A DNA stretch of 64,000 nt, from assembly GCF_009914755.1 (NCBI RefSeq), contig NC_060936.1; one strand, given 5' to 3'. The notes beneath the pieces are model-generated. The model searched no databases. It worked only from the letters and a program-made list of their open reading frames with translations, and was not told the DNA's origin. The position numbers and the translations under genes are program-made. Positions 37,981 to 53,023 of this stretch are shown in pieces (the stretch's first letter is position 1; every line of letters begins with the position of its first letter). Origin of the DNA: the human T2T-CHM13v2.0 reference genome, Homo sapiens.

Positions 37981-39880
37981 ATGACAATAGCATTCATGCA
38001 TCAACATGCTTCACATGTTCAAGTATACATATTATTTATGTCACTTTCTACTGTGTTTCATACATACTACTTCGTTCAACCCTCAAAAAAATCCTGCCAT
38101 GTAGATAGTATATTGAACATGTGAAAAAAAAAATGGAGGCAGAAGGAAATTATGGGATTTAACCAAAGTCACCTAAAAGTTCACAGTGCCTGACATTCAG
38201 GTGTGTGCTCCTTTATAGAAGTAGATCACGCTGGATCTACTATACAAAGACAGCTATGGATCTTAAGTCTCAGATATTTCCTCCAGAGGCTTATTACTAT
38301 TCCTAAATATTGAAAGCCCTTGATTCTTCTTGTTTCGTCTACTGAATCGTGAGAACATCCAACACCATCCGAGTACCTTCCTTTGCTCACAGGAGGAAAA
38401 GCAATCCCTGAAGTTGCTTTACAAAGTGTCTCCTTCTCATTAGCTCCTGGTTTTCAGGATCTTTTGGCTTAACTTAGACTCTGCTATATGATCCAATGGT
38501 GCTGAACCATTGTAGCTGCCAAAAATATCCACATGTCTCCCACTCCCATCTTGATAGCCGAAGGTTCCAACCTGCCAAGGCAGGATGGTTCTTTCTGATA
38601 TGCCTCTGACACCTGAATCATATTCCCTGCTTCTGTGACCAGGCACAATGACATCCTTCAAGTTGAAGGTAAGGCAAGATGCTTTTTAGAGACCTTTCCC
38701 CTTCAGACAGACTACTTCAGTTGACAGAATCTACTTCCTCCTATTTCAGTCTCATCCCCCTCCAAATTCCTGGAAGCATATATTCCTTTCATTTTCTTAT
38801 AAAATGTCCTCTTTTCAGAAGTTCAATGTTGAAAGAGATAAATTAATGAATAAATGCATACATAAGTAAAAAAAAATCAGAGAAATGAGCTATCACTCAT
38901 TTATTTCTTGATAGGTCAAGTGTCCCTTCAGCAAAATAGTATGCAAAGCATCCTCTTAGATTATTAGGTAATAGGCAAAAAATATTTTATATTGCTGTAA
39001 TATTTCAGCATTATTTCTGAACTATGAATGATTCTGCCTCTGTGGTGCCTCTTCTTTAGAATCAGTTACTATCGGCAGTCATTCTGTCAAAATAATTGTG
39101 ACTGACCAAATCGGCTAACCACTGACTTCTGACACATAACTGATGTGGATTGTATCCATTTACTGAGGCCTCATAAGTTTTGTGAAATAGTCTATTTGTA
39201 CTTCAGGGGCTTCCCTAACTGATGAACCTCTGATTATAAATAGATTCAGAATGCTTTGCTCATTTCAGCTTTATATGGTCTTTTCTTCTAACCGCAATGA
39301 TGTAGAGAATTGATTATGTCATTTCTTAAGTGCATGGACAAAAGAAAACAGGTTGGAATTTAAGCTTTAGAAGTGAGTTTTATTGGAAGAAAGCCATATG
39401 GGGGATGGTTAGAGTCATTCGTTTTAGAAGAATTTGGTCACTAGGGCTGGTAATTTGGAAGTAACTCTTGATGGAACTGAACTTTCTCCACTGAAGCAAC
39501 TTTCCCATTATATTTAGCCTTCAAATTAGTCCTTTCTTCCTACCTTGACATAGTAATAAGGTTATCTCAGTTTCTATGGTATAGATATATATTTCAATTG
39601 TTACTTCTCACTTCATTTCTCTCTTGTCACTCCTTTACCGGGCCCACTCCTATACTGCCTCATACTCATTTCTTCTTAATTACATTATGGTAAACTTCCT
39701 TGATTTATAAATATACTCCATAAAGTTTAATAGAAATGCTATGTGTTATATTAATTAGTGTTTTGAAGACTGGGAATACAAGCATGTGCCTGCCCATAAT
39801 GTATTTTCATATAAACTTTGGGCATTATCTTATTTAATTATTACTTTGTAATAGGATTATAGAAGATGAATAGGTAAATA

Positions 39881-40032
39881 TGGCTGTTCCTACACTTTTG
39901 ATGGGGTTACCTTCCAATAAACCTATTGTAAGTCAAAAAATCATAAGTTGAAATTGTATTTAATACTCTGAGCAACCTATCATAAATTAAAAAAACTCTT
40001 AAGTTAAACTATTTTAGGTCAGGGACCATCTG
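39881..40032 (+). mobile_element. MER47/Tigger5-like TcMar DNA transposon
   Basis: gatggggttacc...ataaacctattgtaagtc...gtatttaatac...ggtcagggaccatctg. Confidence 0.6.
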
Positions 40033-43000
40033 TGTAAGTTTCATGCATTAATTTACATATTCAGTATTTATTGAATGCATTTTATGCACCAAGAACTAAG
40101 TGCTGGGGAAACAAGGATAAACAACACAGATGCAATTTCTGCCCTCAGTTAGTTTATCATCTATTTAAATTGTGCTTTATTTTAATAAAATTAAATTTAT
40201 GAAAATCTGAATTTACAATCATATAGAACAGTATTTCCAAACATGCAATTTATCTGCCACCAGTGATATGGTATGTAGGTGATAATGGGCAGATATTTTA
40301 TTTTAATGGCTACATATTTATTTTTCTGAATTAGTTCAATTTGTAGCAACTGAGACTTATAGTAGAGTAATAAAACTTTGAAATTTTAAAATGAGAAAAA
40401 TTACAGAAACAATATTAAGTAAATATGGGTATAAATGGTCTATGAATATGACAAAAACAGTGAAGTTTTGAAAACAGCAATATACAATATAGGGTAATTA
40501 TTCATCTTTCAAAGGGAGTTGCTGAGTAATTCCTTGTGAAATGCAATGCCTTAATTTGTCTAAAATACGTCTGAATTTATAAAAGATACCTATGTCACAG
40601 ATCAAGATTATATACTTGCTATCATTTAGAATAAGGAAAAAACTAGTCAGATAATATATATAACTTCATATTACACTTTAATGTTCCTACTAATTTTGAT
40701 TTGTTTATGCAAATTTTTCTACTTTGGTTAGTCAGTAGACAATGAAAATGTGCTTGAATTGACAGAGTATAAACTTCCCACTAGAAGGCATGTTTTTTTC
40801 GCTCATGACTCTAATTAAAGCCAAAGATCTAATAAAACAGTCTCATCTGTAAGTGATTTGATGGTATGCATATCCTTATTCACTCAGTAAATACTTAGTA
40901 AATAAAGAATTGAAAGCTGATCCACAATTTATGAATTAAGTATATTTTGTCTATATACAAATGAGGACATTAACATGAATTACAACATAAATGCACACAT
41001 ATTTTGAAGTATGCTCATATTGTGTTTCACATATTTTGTAATAACACAAAGCAGTAAAAAAGAGTTCAAATAATTTATTTCTTGGGTACTTTCTTTAGGT
41101 TAGTTAAAACCTAACTTCACAGTCTGTAACTGAGTCAGATACACAGAAAATAGCAGACCTGGGGAAAAAAATGTTATTATTTTATTCAGTATAAGAACTT
41201 CAAAGTTTGAACGCATTATTTTCCAAACTAAATAAAAGTATTCAAAAAATTAATATAGGCTGTATAAGCTTATATGACTTAGTCTTAATCATAAGGACCT
41301 TAACTTTTTACTCTGTAGGTACATTATATAAAAAACTAAGAGTAAATTTCATGAGTTTTATAATTTTATTACATATTCTGTCTTAGAAAGGAACTAGTTC
41401 CTTAGAACATTTTCAGTAACCACATTTAGAACAGTCAGCTAGCAATAGTATTAAAATGCTGTCCAAAAGCACAGAGAATCTAAAATCCAAAAGATGTTTA
41501 GCCATCCAACAACAGTCATGAATAGCAGTCATACTCTGGGGATCAGTATTGACTTAGATAATAAAAATGAAAGGCACTGCTGAGGGTAGATTTCCTAGAA
41601 AGCACACATGTTTTGAGGCAATCATTAAAAACAAACCAACAGGCAAACAAAACAAAACAAAACAAAAACCAAAAAAAAAAAAAAAAGGAAAATGTATGAA
41701 TAGAAAAAAAAAAACAAGCTCATATACATCAGTGTCTTGTTTTCTTTGTCTCTTTCAGGTATGGTAGCACAATACTGGTTGTTCTGTACAACACCACACA
41801 GATCACTGGCTTCAGAGGCAATCAACTGACAATGGCTTTTGCCAGCAGCATTTAAAGGGTCATTTTAGAAAATGACAAATTATTTCTTGTAAAATTAACT
41901 GCAGTTGTAGAATGAGACACTTGAGTGATAAACACCCTCTTTCTCATGCATAGTAATAGTTATTTCTACTATAAAATAACTAAGAACAATAAAAAATGTG
42001 CAAATGTCTAGAATAATCCATACCTAAAATAGACCCTAATTATTACTTTAACACTCTCAAGAAAACTGATTAGTTTCTGCTCTTATATTGGATAAAAAAG
42101 GAAAGGAAATCCATCTCTTTTTTTTGGATGAGTCTACTGTTTTTAATGACAGTCACATAGAGTACTCTTTTTCATACTATTTATCATTAATAAAAATATG
42201 ACATCATTTCTCATTTAAAAATAGGCACTTGTTCTATCTATATCATCATTACATGCACTGTAGTTAAATTATATTGATAAACAGTAGGCAATTAAAGATC
42301 CCCAAAACAATGAACTCTTGATTACCCACATGTGGGTTATTTGCTTTCTAGATTATCTGAAACATTTTTTTTAATCAAAAGGTCACTTCCCTCTGTCTCT
42401 TGTTGAGCTTCTGGGAAGTCTGCTTTCAACATTTAGGCATGAATGCTGAGAATGCAAACGCATTACATTACTTTAAATGACTATGTAAGATTTGGGTATA
42501 AAATATTGTCTAAAATTTCATATAAGAAGACTGATTTTCTCATGAATTTTTTGAAAATACAACATGGTAACATATGTAAGTAAAAATGGAAAACCATAAA
42601 ATCCTCTGCACAAGTTGCACCCAACATTGCATATTTAGAGAAAATTATTTTCATTAGTTTATAGTTCATAATTAGGAAGTTAATGACTGGTATTCAAAAT
42701 GCACAGATATAATCTCTTCATCATATTGATTAATCCTTACAAGAGTCATATGAAATATTCTTATCCTTATGTCATAGACAAGAAGGTGGTGACAGCAAAA
42801 ACAACAGAACCCTTTCAACTCCAAGTCTAGTTCTTTTTTCCCTTATGGTAGGCTGCCTTTCAAGACCAACACTTGGCCAAACAGAATCAGCCTATGCTTT
42901 GGAATATCACAGTGTATATCTTAAAGTCAGTGAATTGCAGCTCATTGGCTCTTTGAACTAGGAATAATACTTTCCCTCTTCACAGTTTGCTGTTAACATA

Positions 43001-45440
43001 CGAGGCCTCACAGGAGAAGCAGTAACTGGCTCGTAAGAGGTATCTAATATGTGCACATTCCATGCCCATCTCCAAAATAATCCTTCAGAGTTTACAACAC
43101 ACGTTCACATTCATCATTTGATTACACAGAGGAAAATACAATTTCGTAAGACGGATTTAGGTGAAAGAATGTCTTTTTTTTCTGTGAACAATCAAGAGCC
43201 ACTGAAAGGTTATTAATAGGAGAGTGATGTGGAAGCTGCACTTTGGGAAGAACAGGTGAGCAGCTATGTGTCAAGCCGGTAGGACTGGGTAAGACTAGAG
43301 GCCATCTCACCAGCTTATGAGACTACGTTTTATAAAGAAAAAGGTTATAAACATTTCAACTCGGGAAAAAGTGGAGACAAGGATAAAGAAGCATGTTTTC
43401 TTAAATGCTTATCTTTGGTCAATGTACAACTCCCTCTCATGTCCCCTGTGTTGATGTCAGGTTGACCAAGTTCACATTCCATGTCTGGGAGATATACCAG
43501 AAAAGGAAAGAAAACTGAGACAATCTGATTTTTCTTTTGGTTACTAGAGTCTTAGTATTTTATTATTTCTTTCTTCTTCACAGAGTCTCTGCATATGTTT
43601 TTCCTATTGACTAAAATGTTCTTTTTCTCATCCTCTCACCTGAGTTAGTTAACTATTTCTCATCTATCTGTCCCATACTAAAATTAATGTTCCTTGGGGA
43701 AGCTTTCCTGGACTCCAGAGACTATATTTGATCTCCTATTACTTAATGATTTGTCTGTTTCCCCCCATATTCTCCTCGTATTTTGTATCCTTGTAATAGC
43801 ATCTATAACTATGCTTTTTCTTTTTGCCTAAACTTGCACAAATATTACACTGACTTAATTAATATAATTTTAATTCAGGAGAAATTCCTACCTGTTTTTC
43901 TCCCCTGTTCAAAAGCATTTTTAATTTGGGCTTTTTGTCCTTCCAAATAAATTTCAGATTTATTAGTTGGTGGACTTCTCAGCAACACAACACAACAAAA
44001 CAGAACAAAACAAAACAAAACAAACACAAGAAATTGGCGGGGGGGATGCCTGCATTGATTCTATATATCGACTTTGGGAGAATTGAAATCTTTATATTAT
44101 TGTACCTTTTAATCAATACATATGATATATTTCCTATTTCTCTAATATTTTACAGATTTCTGAATGTATGTATTGTGCATATTTTGCCTGAACTTATTCC
44201 TAAATGTTTTATTACTTTATCTTTTTTTAAATAAACTTTATTGAGGTAAAATTTATATAGGAAGAAAATCACTAATAATTTCATGGCTTTTGACCTTAGC
44301 CACTACCATAACCAAGATATAATGCATTTCCTTCACCTCCAAAATTTCCTTCATATCACAGTAGTTTGAAAATAGTTTTTATAAATATTAATTTAATGTT
44401 TATCTCTAAGAGTAAATTTCAAATGGCCAGAAATTGTTATATTTTACACCATATCTCTAACACTTAGAAAAGAACTAGACACATGGTTAGAGATTCATAA
44501 ACACATGCTGAATGAATAGACGAATGAATAGTCTGTTTATAACAGCAAGTAAGTAAGTGGAACACTCACTATGCCACACTTGAGTTCTGCTAGGGTTGGA
44601 GGGGAATGAAGGCAGGAGTGCCAGTCTGAAAGCATACACTAAGACAAAAATAACATGAAAGTAAAATGATACTTCCTCATTCTACTTTAAATGTTTTTGC
44701 CAAAAGACTATCATATTAGATGGAGTACAATAGGTGAAGAGAATGTGTTAATTTTACACACTTTTATATACCTGTTTAATTATATGTATTTTTAAACAAA
44801 AAGAATACATCAACACCTCTGATTAAAATGAAAGACTGAAAACATTTTAAAATCTCTTCTTTTTTACTTCCAACCCTATAAACATTATGTTAGAGGAACA
44901 AAGAAAAGTATAAAAAGCCAACAAAGACAAAAAGAAAAATGACAGCAGCATAGGGGAAAGTATAATACATTTTTGTATTTTCTTGGAAAATAGAATACAG
45001 GTGAAGTGGTAGAGATAGAACAAAAGGAGCCAAAGATTAGAGTCTTTATGTGATAATTTGGTATGGCTGATTACTAATAATTATTAGTGATTAATAATAT
45101 GGCTAATGGGGGTAGTTTGAAGAGTCTTGAAATACCATGTAGAGCTGAGATGAGACATGGAGCTGGAAGTAGCTGAGTTAATTAAAAGTCTACTGATGAA
45201 TAATCAACCTACTCATCTCCTCCCACCATGAGCAGATTGCTGAAAGCAAGCAGTTACCCTCAAAGGGCAGAGTGAATGTTTGTTTTTTTCCTGCAAGGGA
45301 AATAAATATCTGTGGGAAACTAAAGCAGCAGTGTAGAATTTGCTATTGTTTGAATCAAAGTCCCCTGCATTTCAGTCTTTAGATATCTTGAAGTATAAAA
45401 ACTGGCTCTTTTTTTAGCTTACTAATGTAAGTCTGCAAGC

Positions 45441-45441
<1 letters not shown>

Positions 45442-45471
<30 letters not shown>
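45442..45471. repeat. Poly(A)30
   Basis: Pure A run flanked by aagcc on both sides. Confidence 0.9.
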
Positions 45472-45472
<1 letters not shown>

Positions 45473-45636
45473 CCCATCCTCATATCAAAGCTCAAAATCA
45501 ATTTTCTGTGTATTCACTTCTAAACATTAATGTGAAATCAAGGAGCAATGGATAATCAAGAAAAGTCTATAACATTTAAGAGAATAGCCAAGATACAGTA
45601 TCAGAAAAACTGAACCTGAAAGAAATAGAGATAATT

Positions 45637-45995
<359 letters not shown>

Positions 45996-47139
45996 TTAAC
46001 ATTCTCAAATAGATTTGAGAGAATATTTCATCTATAAAATAGGGCCACAGTGATTACAAAAGGATATCCAGAGAGGAATAAAAAGTTCTTGAAAATTAAA
46101 TATATACTAACTGGAGCTTTAAAAAATGCAATGTTAAGACTTGGAGGATCAAGTAGAAGTTGTCTCTCCAAAAGTAAAACATATAGAAAATAGAGGAAAA
46201 ATATGAAAAAAGCAAAAGCAAACAAAGCAAAGAGCACCAACCCAAAATCTTCAGCTTCTGATTAAAGAGAAATTTCATACCAAGAACACATACACAAAAA
46301 TCAATGGGAGAAAAATATCTTTAATAATAATAATAAGTCCAGAACTTTTCTCAAAGCTATTGTCTTCAGATTGAAAGGTCAACCGGGGTCCCCAAACATA
46401 CTGAATAAAGATATGTTAGCCAATTCCTGTTGTTGGCTATGTGGCAGCTATTGTTCTATGTAATTTACCTATATTTACTCACTTAATGCTGACTGCAGTA
46501 CTATGAGGTAGGAAATATTACTGCTATCCCCATTTTAAATGGAAGTGAACTTAAGCAATGAAAGTTTAAGTATTTTTTTACAAAATTATTTAGGGGCAAA
46601 GCCAAGATCTAAGCCCAGATATTTTAGATAACAGAGGTCTAACCCTTGCCCATACACAATGTTGCCTCACAAATAAATGAAACAAAGACCTACATCTAAA
46701 TACACAATTGTCAAATTTCACAACAACAAGGATAACATAATGTCCCATTAGGCCATATAGTTCCTTAGAAGTTTTATGTTCCATGCATTATTTAAAAATA
46801 TTTTACTGATGATATAGCGCAGTAAAATAAAGGACTAAATTGAGACAGAGAAAAACCTATCAGTAGTTCATCACTCCTTCCTTTTTACAATACTTTCTTC
46901 ACTTTGCAAGGATACACCCCTCTCTCTTAGTTCTCCTTGTACCTCAATGTCCTCTATATATTAGTCTTTTTTTTTTTTTTTGCAGACCTTATCTTCTCAA
47001 TCTCTGAAAGTTTGAATTCCCTGGGGATCTACCCTCAGACCTTTTCTTTTGTAGCTACCAAATTCTTAGTGATTTCATTTAGTACCAGGGCTTTAAAGGC
47101 TTTAAATATCCAAATGCCACTAGTACATTGAAAACTATC

Positions 47140-47755
47140 TGTAGTGGGCAGAAGAATAGTGTCCCTTAAAAAACCATGTCCAGTTGGAACCTCAGAATAT
47201 GACCTTATTTAGAGAAAGGGTCTTTGAAGATATGATTAGGTGATAAACTCAAGATAAAATCACCCTGGACTTAAGATGGGTCCCAAATCCAGTGACTGGT
47301 GTTTTCGTAAGAAAAGAACACAAAAGAAACACAGAGAAAGCCTGGTGAAGAATGTAAATCAACTCTCCACCACATCCTCAGGTCTCCAGACTTTCCTGTT
47401 TCAGTCTGCATTCAGTCAGGAAAATTGGGCCACTACAAGTATTATGGGAATAAGGAGTTTTATATAGAAATCAAGTCTGCACAGATGGGGGAGGAGTTGG
47501 GGAAGTAAAGAATGCTTCATTCTTCATCTGGAGTTATGTAGGTGTACACTGGAGTTATGTAGCCATAGCCAAAGAATGCCTGGGGCCACCAGAAGCTGGA
47601 AGATGCAAGGAAGAATAATTTTCCTAGTGTCTGCAGCAGGAGCACGCCTCTGCTGACACCTCCAGAACTGTGAGATAATAAATTCCTGTTGTTTTAAGCT
47701 ACCCAGTTTGTGGTTTTGTGGTACTTTACTATAGCAGTCCTAGGAAAATAGTACA
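47140..47755 (+). mobile_element. MLT1C-like MaLR LTR carrying a ~190-bp internal insertion
   Basis: TG...CA termini (tgtagtgggcagaa ... gcagtcctaggaaaatagtaca) with near-TSD ctatc/gtatc. Foreign sequence at ~47355-47548. Confidence 0.8.
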
Positions 47756-48207
47756 GTATCTTATTTACATTTTTATTCTAGACTTCTCTCCCTCTAGTTC
47801 CTACCTGTATATTCAATTTATCACCATCATTTCCACTTGGATACAAAATTTCTCCTTCTGAAGTCTCCCTGTTCTCAGAAAATGGCAATACCATCAGTTA
47901 CTTGGGCAAAAGTCCTTATATTCATTCCTCTTTTTCTTGCTTTTGTCTCATGCCTTTTATCCAATCATCAGCAAATCCTATTAGTAATGTCTTTCAAATA
48001 TATCTAGAATCTACTAATCACTTCTAACTAGCTTGATACTTACCACTCCAGTCCATTCACTATCACTATCTCCCTGATTCCATCTTTCCCTCCTACAGTG
48101 CATTCTGAATCATAGCAGTCAGAAGATCCCTTAAAAATATATGTCAGATTGTGTCATACTTATGCTCAGATCCTATTTCCCATTCATGGAGAATTTTAGG
48201 AGGGAAG

Positions 48208-48575
48208 TGTCTTGGGATAAAGCTGTAGGGAATATATGCTGTTATCAACAACTTTCTATTGCTAAGGCTGAAGACTACATTTCCCAAAAGCCCTTTCCCT
48301 GTGTATGGCTTTGTGTTAGAGTTCAACAATGAGTGGAATGTCTAAATTTGCCAAAGAGAACTAAGGCAGAAGCCATTATTCCTGGGAAGTCATAGCAATC
48401 AGTGTCAGTGATTCTAAGAGCTCTGGTTTCTCTACCAATTCTAGTGCATCAGTCTGAAGTGATGAGTGAATGTTTTGCAAATCCTCTGGCTGCAACCTCG
48501 AGGATCTTCACTTTCCCAACTCCTCCCTCATTTGTGCATCTTAATTTCTGTATAAAACTCCTTATTCCTATAATA
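48208..48575 (+). mobile_element. Old ERVL-type LTR (LTR33/LTR16-like), 3' end missing
   Basis: gctaaggctgaagactacatttcccaaaagccctttccc...ataaaactccttattcc. Family assignment tentative. Confidence 0.45.
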
Positions 48576-51500
48576 AGGAATATACTACTTGTCTGTCTAG
48601 TAAACAATATTTAGCTGGTCACAATGATATAAACACTATGGATTTTCAAATTTTATATACAGTCCATAGGTAAAGCATGAGATATTTAAATATTAACCTT
48701 CATAATACAAAAAGAAGATATTGGGAGATGAAGGTAAGGGGCAGAACCAACATCTTTACATTTCATAGGGAGGAATCAAAAAAAACCATTGTAGTTGATA
48801 CGATGCGAAATGAAGGTGGAAAAATATATTGCTGAAGTCTGAAAAGGTAACCAATAGAGGAACTGAAACTAGTGATATAACTATATTAGAATTAAATGAG
48901 TATGAACAGGTGATGGTATAACAGAGATAAATCTTCATCTATCATACCCAGCATTCTACTGATAATGTCTGAAATTGATCAATTAAACCAAGAATGGTAT
49001 AAACATATTGAAATAATTAAGTTATTTATCCTAGCAGCTTATCTCAACTAAGGTTTCAGAAGAGAATTAAACCCTAACACACCCTCGTAAGCATGGATAA
49101 ACTTATGTCCTGTATATCTGGTATGGTGCTAGTCATATGCCATCTTTGGGAGTTATGAGAAAATAGTCCCTCAGGTAATTTTCTGGTTTTGAGTTTAGAT
49201 GAGGAACTCCTTGTAAGAAAGGGTGCTGGAAAGTGAGCAGGAAGTGAGTCAGGTGACTATTTCTTTTCATTCCAAATTCTTCTCTGTTGTTTGGTATCTT
49301 TTAACTATGTGTCTTTTTTCTTTGACACACATAAAATATATATTTAAAAACATTTAGGAATCTCATTTTAGAAATGTTGAGTATAATAATATGATAGGAT
49401 GGTGATTCACATAGTAATGATATGAAGTATGATATGAATGATATGAAGATATAAAGAAAATGAGACAGAAGCTTTGGACAAGATATCAGGGCTGGAAACA
49501 TGAGGGTAACCTAATCAGAATTGATACTGCAAGATGCTACTACAATTAGACCCAATTTGATGAAAGTACTAAAGTTGAGATTACAGAGAGACAAGAAAGA
49601 GGTAAGGGCAGTCCTTGGAGAAAACTGAGGGGACTGGAAAGGGAACTATAGGAGGGATTGTGAGTAGGGAGGTAGGAAGAAGATCACAAGTCAAACCACA
49701 GAACTAAAGAAAAAAAGAGTGTCAAAAACAGAGGGTTGCCAACAATGGTAAGGAGTATTTGCAATGGCCTTTTGATATATATTTTAAAATAAATATTTCT
49801 GGTTTAACATAGAATTGAAATTCTCTCTGATACATGAATGAGTTGAACAAAGCATTTAATAAAAGAATTCTGGAAACTCCTTAAGACTTTTCAAAAATCT
49901 TTGCAGTTTCTATTCCTTTCACAACATAACCAATGTGTAAGATACAAGACTTACAAGAGTTTTATTCATGTTAAGTATTTGAAATAGTCCCTCAGGTCAT
50001 TTTTTGGTTTCGAGTTCAGAGGAGGAAATCCTTTTAAGAAAGGGTGCTACAAAGTGAGAAAAAGTATTTATTCATTCATTTAAGTATTTATTAAATGTCT
50101 ATCGTGTAAAAATGTGCTAGACACTGTGGAAATATATTCAAGAGTTCATAGTCTTATAAAGAAGATACAGAATGATCATAAATAACTCAGATAACAAGGT
50201 AAATATTATGAGGTCTACAGATGAAGAAAGAGATGAATTCAGGAAAGAGACATCACCTCACTTTAAAGCTCAGTTCAGTAAAAGTTCAAAGAAAATTAGT
50301 CCACTGTAGTAAAACATGGCTGAACAGAAACTTCCAGCTTTACTCCTACACATGCTAGAAAATTACTTAAAACATTCATTTATTTACTACATTGTGATCA
50401 AATATCTACTTCAAAAGCAGAGTTTTAAAAAAATCAGGTGATATGATAGAGAATATGGATGTGAAGCATCTATTGGCTCTGCATTATTAAGTAGACTGCT
50501 CTTAATCAAGGTAAAGCCAGGAAAGTCTTACTTTCTATGCCTTCCAGAGCCATTTTCTAATAGCAAAGATTAGATTGAATACTTGATCTACTTAAAGATT
50601 ATTTCCAGAAGAAAAAATCTGATTTTCTTGAACTATCCAGTAAGAATAAGAGAGTTATGGTGTCTTTGTATAATAGTTTACTGTGAGCTTTCTAATTATT
50701 AATATAGTGAAGCAAAAGACTTTATGCATTTTGATGAGCTCACTTACTGGTTATTCAGAAAAATGAGCTTTGAATGGTATGCCAGGAATGGTAAGATGAC
50801 AGCAAAAATAGCTATTCTGTATTTATTTGCAAGCTAACTGACAAACCTACATCACAAGAAATACTGCTTTGAGTGAAACTGGCTCACTGATGCCAATAAA
50901 CAAAGAAATGCAATACTACAGTTTTCATATATCTGAATGAGAAGTTGTCAGATATAGCTTTGAGTGGGTCTTAACCAGAAAATTCACTGATGGATGGCTT
51001 CTACTGGCTTTGAGCGAGTGTCATATGCCTGACAGACTGTCTACTTTAAGTCCATTTTATTATAACAACCACTTCCATCTCTGCTGAAACACCCTTTAGC
51101 TTGATACAAGTTTTTTAGCCAGTAAGGAAACATCATATCTCTCCCACATAGATAACTGAAGGGAAAAATATACCAACTGAGCAAGCCAGTAACTCCTTCC
51201 AATTAAAATTACATGAAACAGGCTATGTGTTTCTTAAACACAGGTTTGCTATTTGATGGTGCTTTAAAACCTCTTAACCACACAACCTGATGGCACTGTC
51301 TGGCTCTGTCAATATGAGGTCACTTAATCAAACTTTTTCCAGACTAATTAAATTTTGTGTTCACTTTAACAACCTATTTTTTCATGATCAATCAGATCAG
51401 TTGTACAATCCAATTTTATTGCCAAGGCAACCCCAAATGATAGATCAAAGGAAAAGGTTTTCACTCCTGAGTATTTGATCTTACAGACTCAGCTTAATTG

Positions 51501-53023
51501 TGTACTTGAGTAATGTATCTTTAAAAAAAACCTTTGGCTTGCATTTTTCTGATTATTTAATGTAATAAAGGGAATAGGAAAAGGAAGGTAACTGACAGTT
51601 GTTTGGCTGCTAACTGCCAGGTATTTTGTCTATCTTTTGCATCTAATTTCCATTACAATCATTGTTTCTACACATTCACACACAAACCTTTTTTTTAAAA
51701 GATTTATATGGTGATAGGAGACATGATATGGGGTACCTAAAAGGAAAACAATCTCTATACGAACAGAGCTGCCACAGCTACTTATAGTTTTCTGTGGCAG
51801 AACATATCATCCTGCTACTTCTTAGAGGCAGGTTCCAACACTATAAAAAGGCTTGGTACGAAGTCTGTCCTTCTAGTAGCTTCAGTGCTTTAGTCAACAA
51901 CATGAAGTATTTTAAAGTCTAGTTTTATCTATACTGTCTCAGCATTAAGCTGCTAGAGCACAGAAAATGATCTAAATGTACAGTGATGAGACAGTGATTA
52001 AATAAATTATAGCACGTGCATAAAATGGAATGCTATACAGCTTCTTAAAATGCTTCGGAAAATTCTGAATGTCATGGAAAAATGCTTGCGATAAATATCA
52101 TGTAAACGAGGTAGGATCAAAATTATGAATAAAATATTACTCCAGCATGTAAATATGCATCTTACTCATGAATAAGATAGCAGTTATCTTTAATTGGTAA
52201 TATTACAGATAGTTTTTATTGTATTTTGAATATGCTTTTCCATTTTATACATTTTCCATATATGCATTGCTTTTTTAATTTAAAAAGATTTACCAAAAAA
52301 TATATCAGAGTTGGTGAATAAAACCAGAATGAATTACAAGAGTGGTTTGTATGTGCTCCTTACATAAATTAATGTCTCAAGAAGATGGTCAAGGCAATCT
52401 CATCTCATCTCCCATTGTACCCCTTCCATAGATTCTGTGCTCTGCCTGCCCCTTCCCTGCACATGAACTGGACTCTTCTGCCTCCATGCTTTTGCCAACA
52501 TGACTTTCTCTTTCTGGAATACACATTCCCTTCCTTTTGAGGCACCGAAAGTATATTTTCAAGGCTCTTCACAAGTCTTACTTATCCAGGCTGCTGTTCT
52601 TAACTTTCTGGGTTTCAGTTCTCTTGCTGAACGTATAATTGAACCAATCACAATCTGCGAAATGCCTGCTAGTCTTACCAAAACAAAATGTGAGCCCTTA
52701 GAGGACCTGAATCTCACATTATTCATCTTCATAATTATTGATTATTCATTCCCTCCACTTCTAGAACACAGCCTGGTACACATTAGGCCTCAATAAATAT
52801 TTGCTGAACTCTGGTAAAGTCATCCTCAGCAAATAGGACTGGGATGCATGAGTGGGATGCATTTGGATTAACATATGGAGTTTTCAGTGCAATCAAAAGG
52901 GCATTAATTTAAGCTATTGTATTTCTTCAAAGGAAATTATTATGTAGTAGATTTAAGAACATAACATAAGTGTTAGTCTTTAAAATTTTGGCCCACAGTG
53001 ACTAGTATAAAACAAGAAGGATC

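Noticed and set aside
38220-38241. 8-bp-stem hairpin agtagatc/gatctact
   Set aside because: Too short; expected by chance in 64 kb and not pre-miRNA-like.
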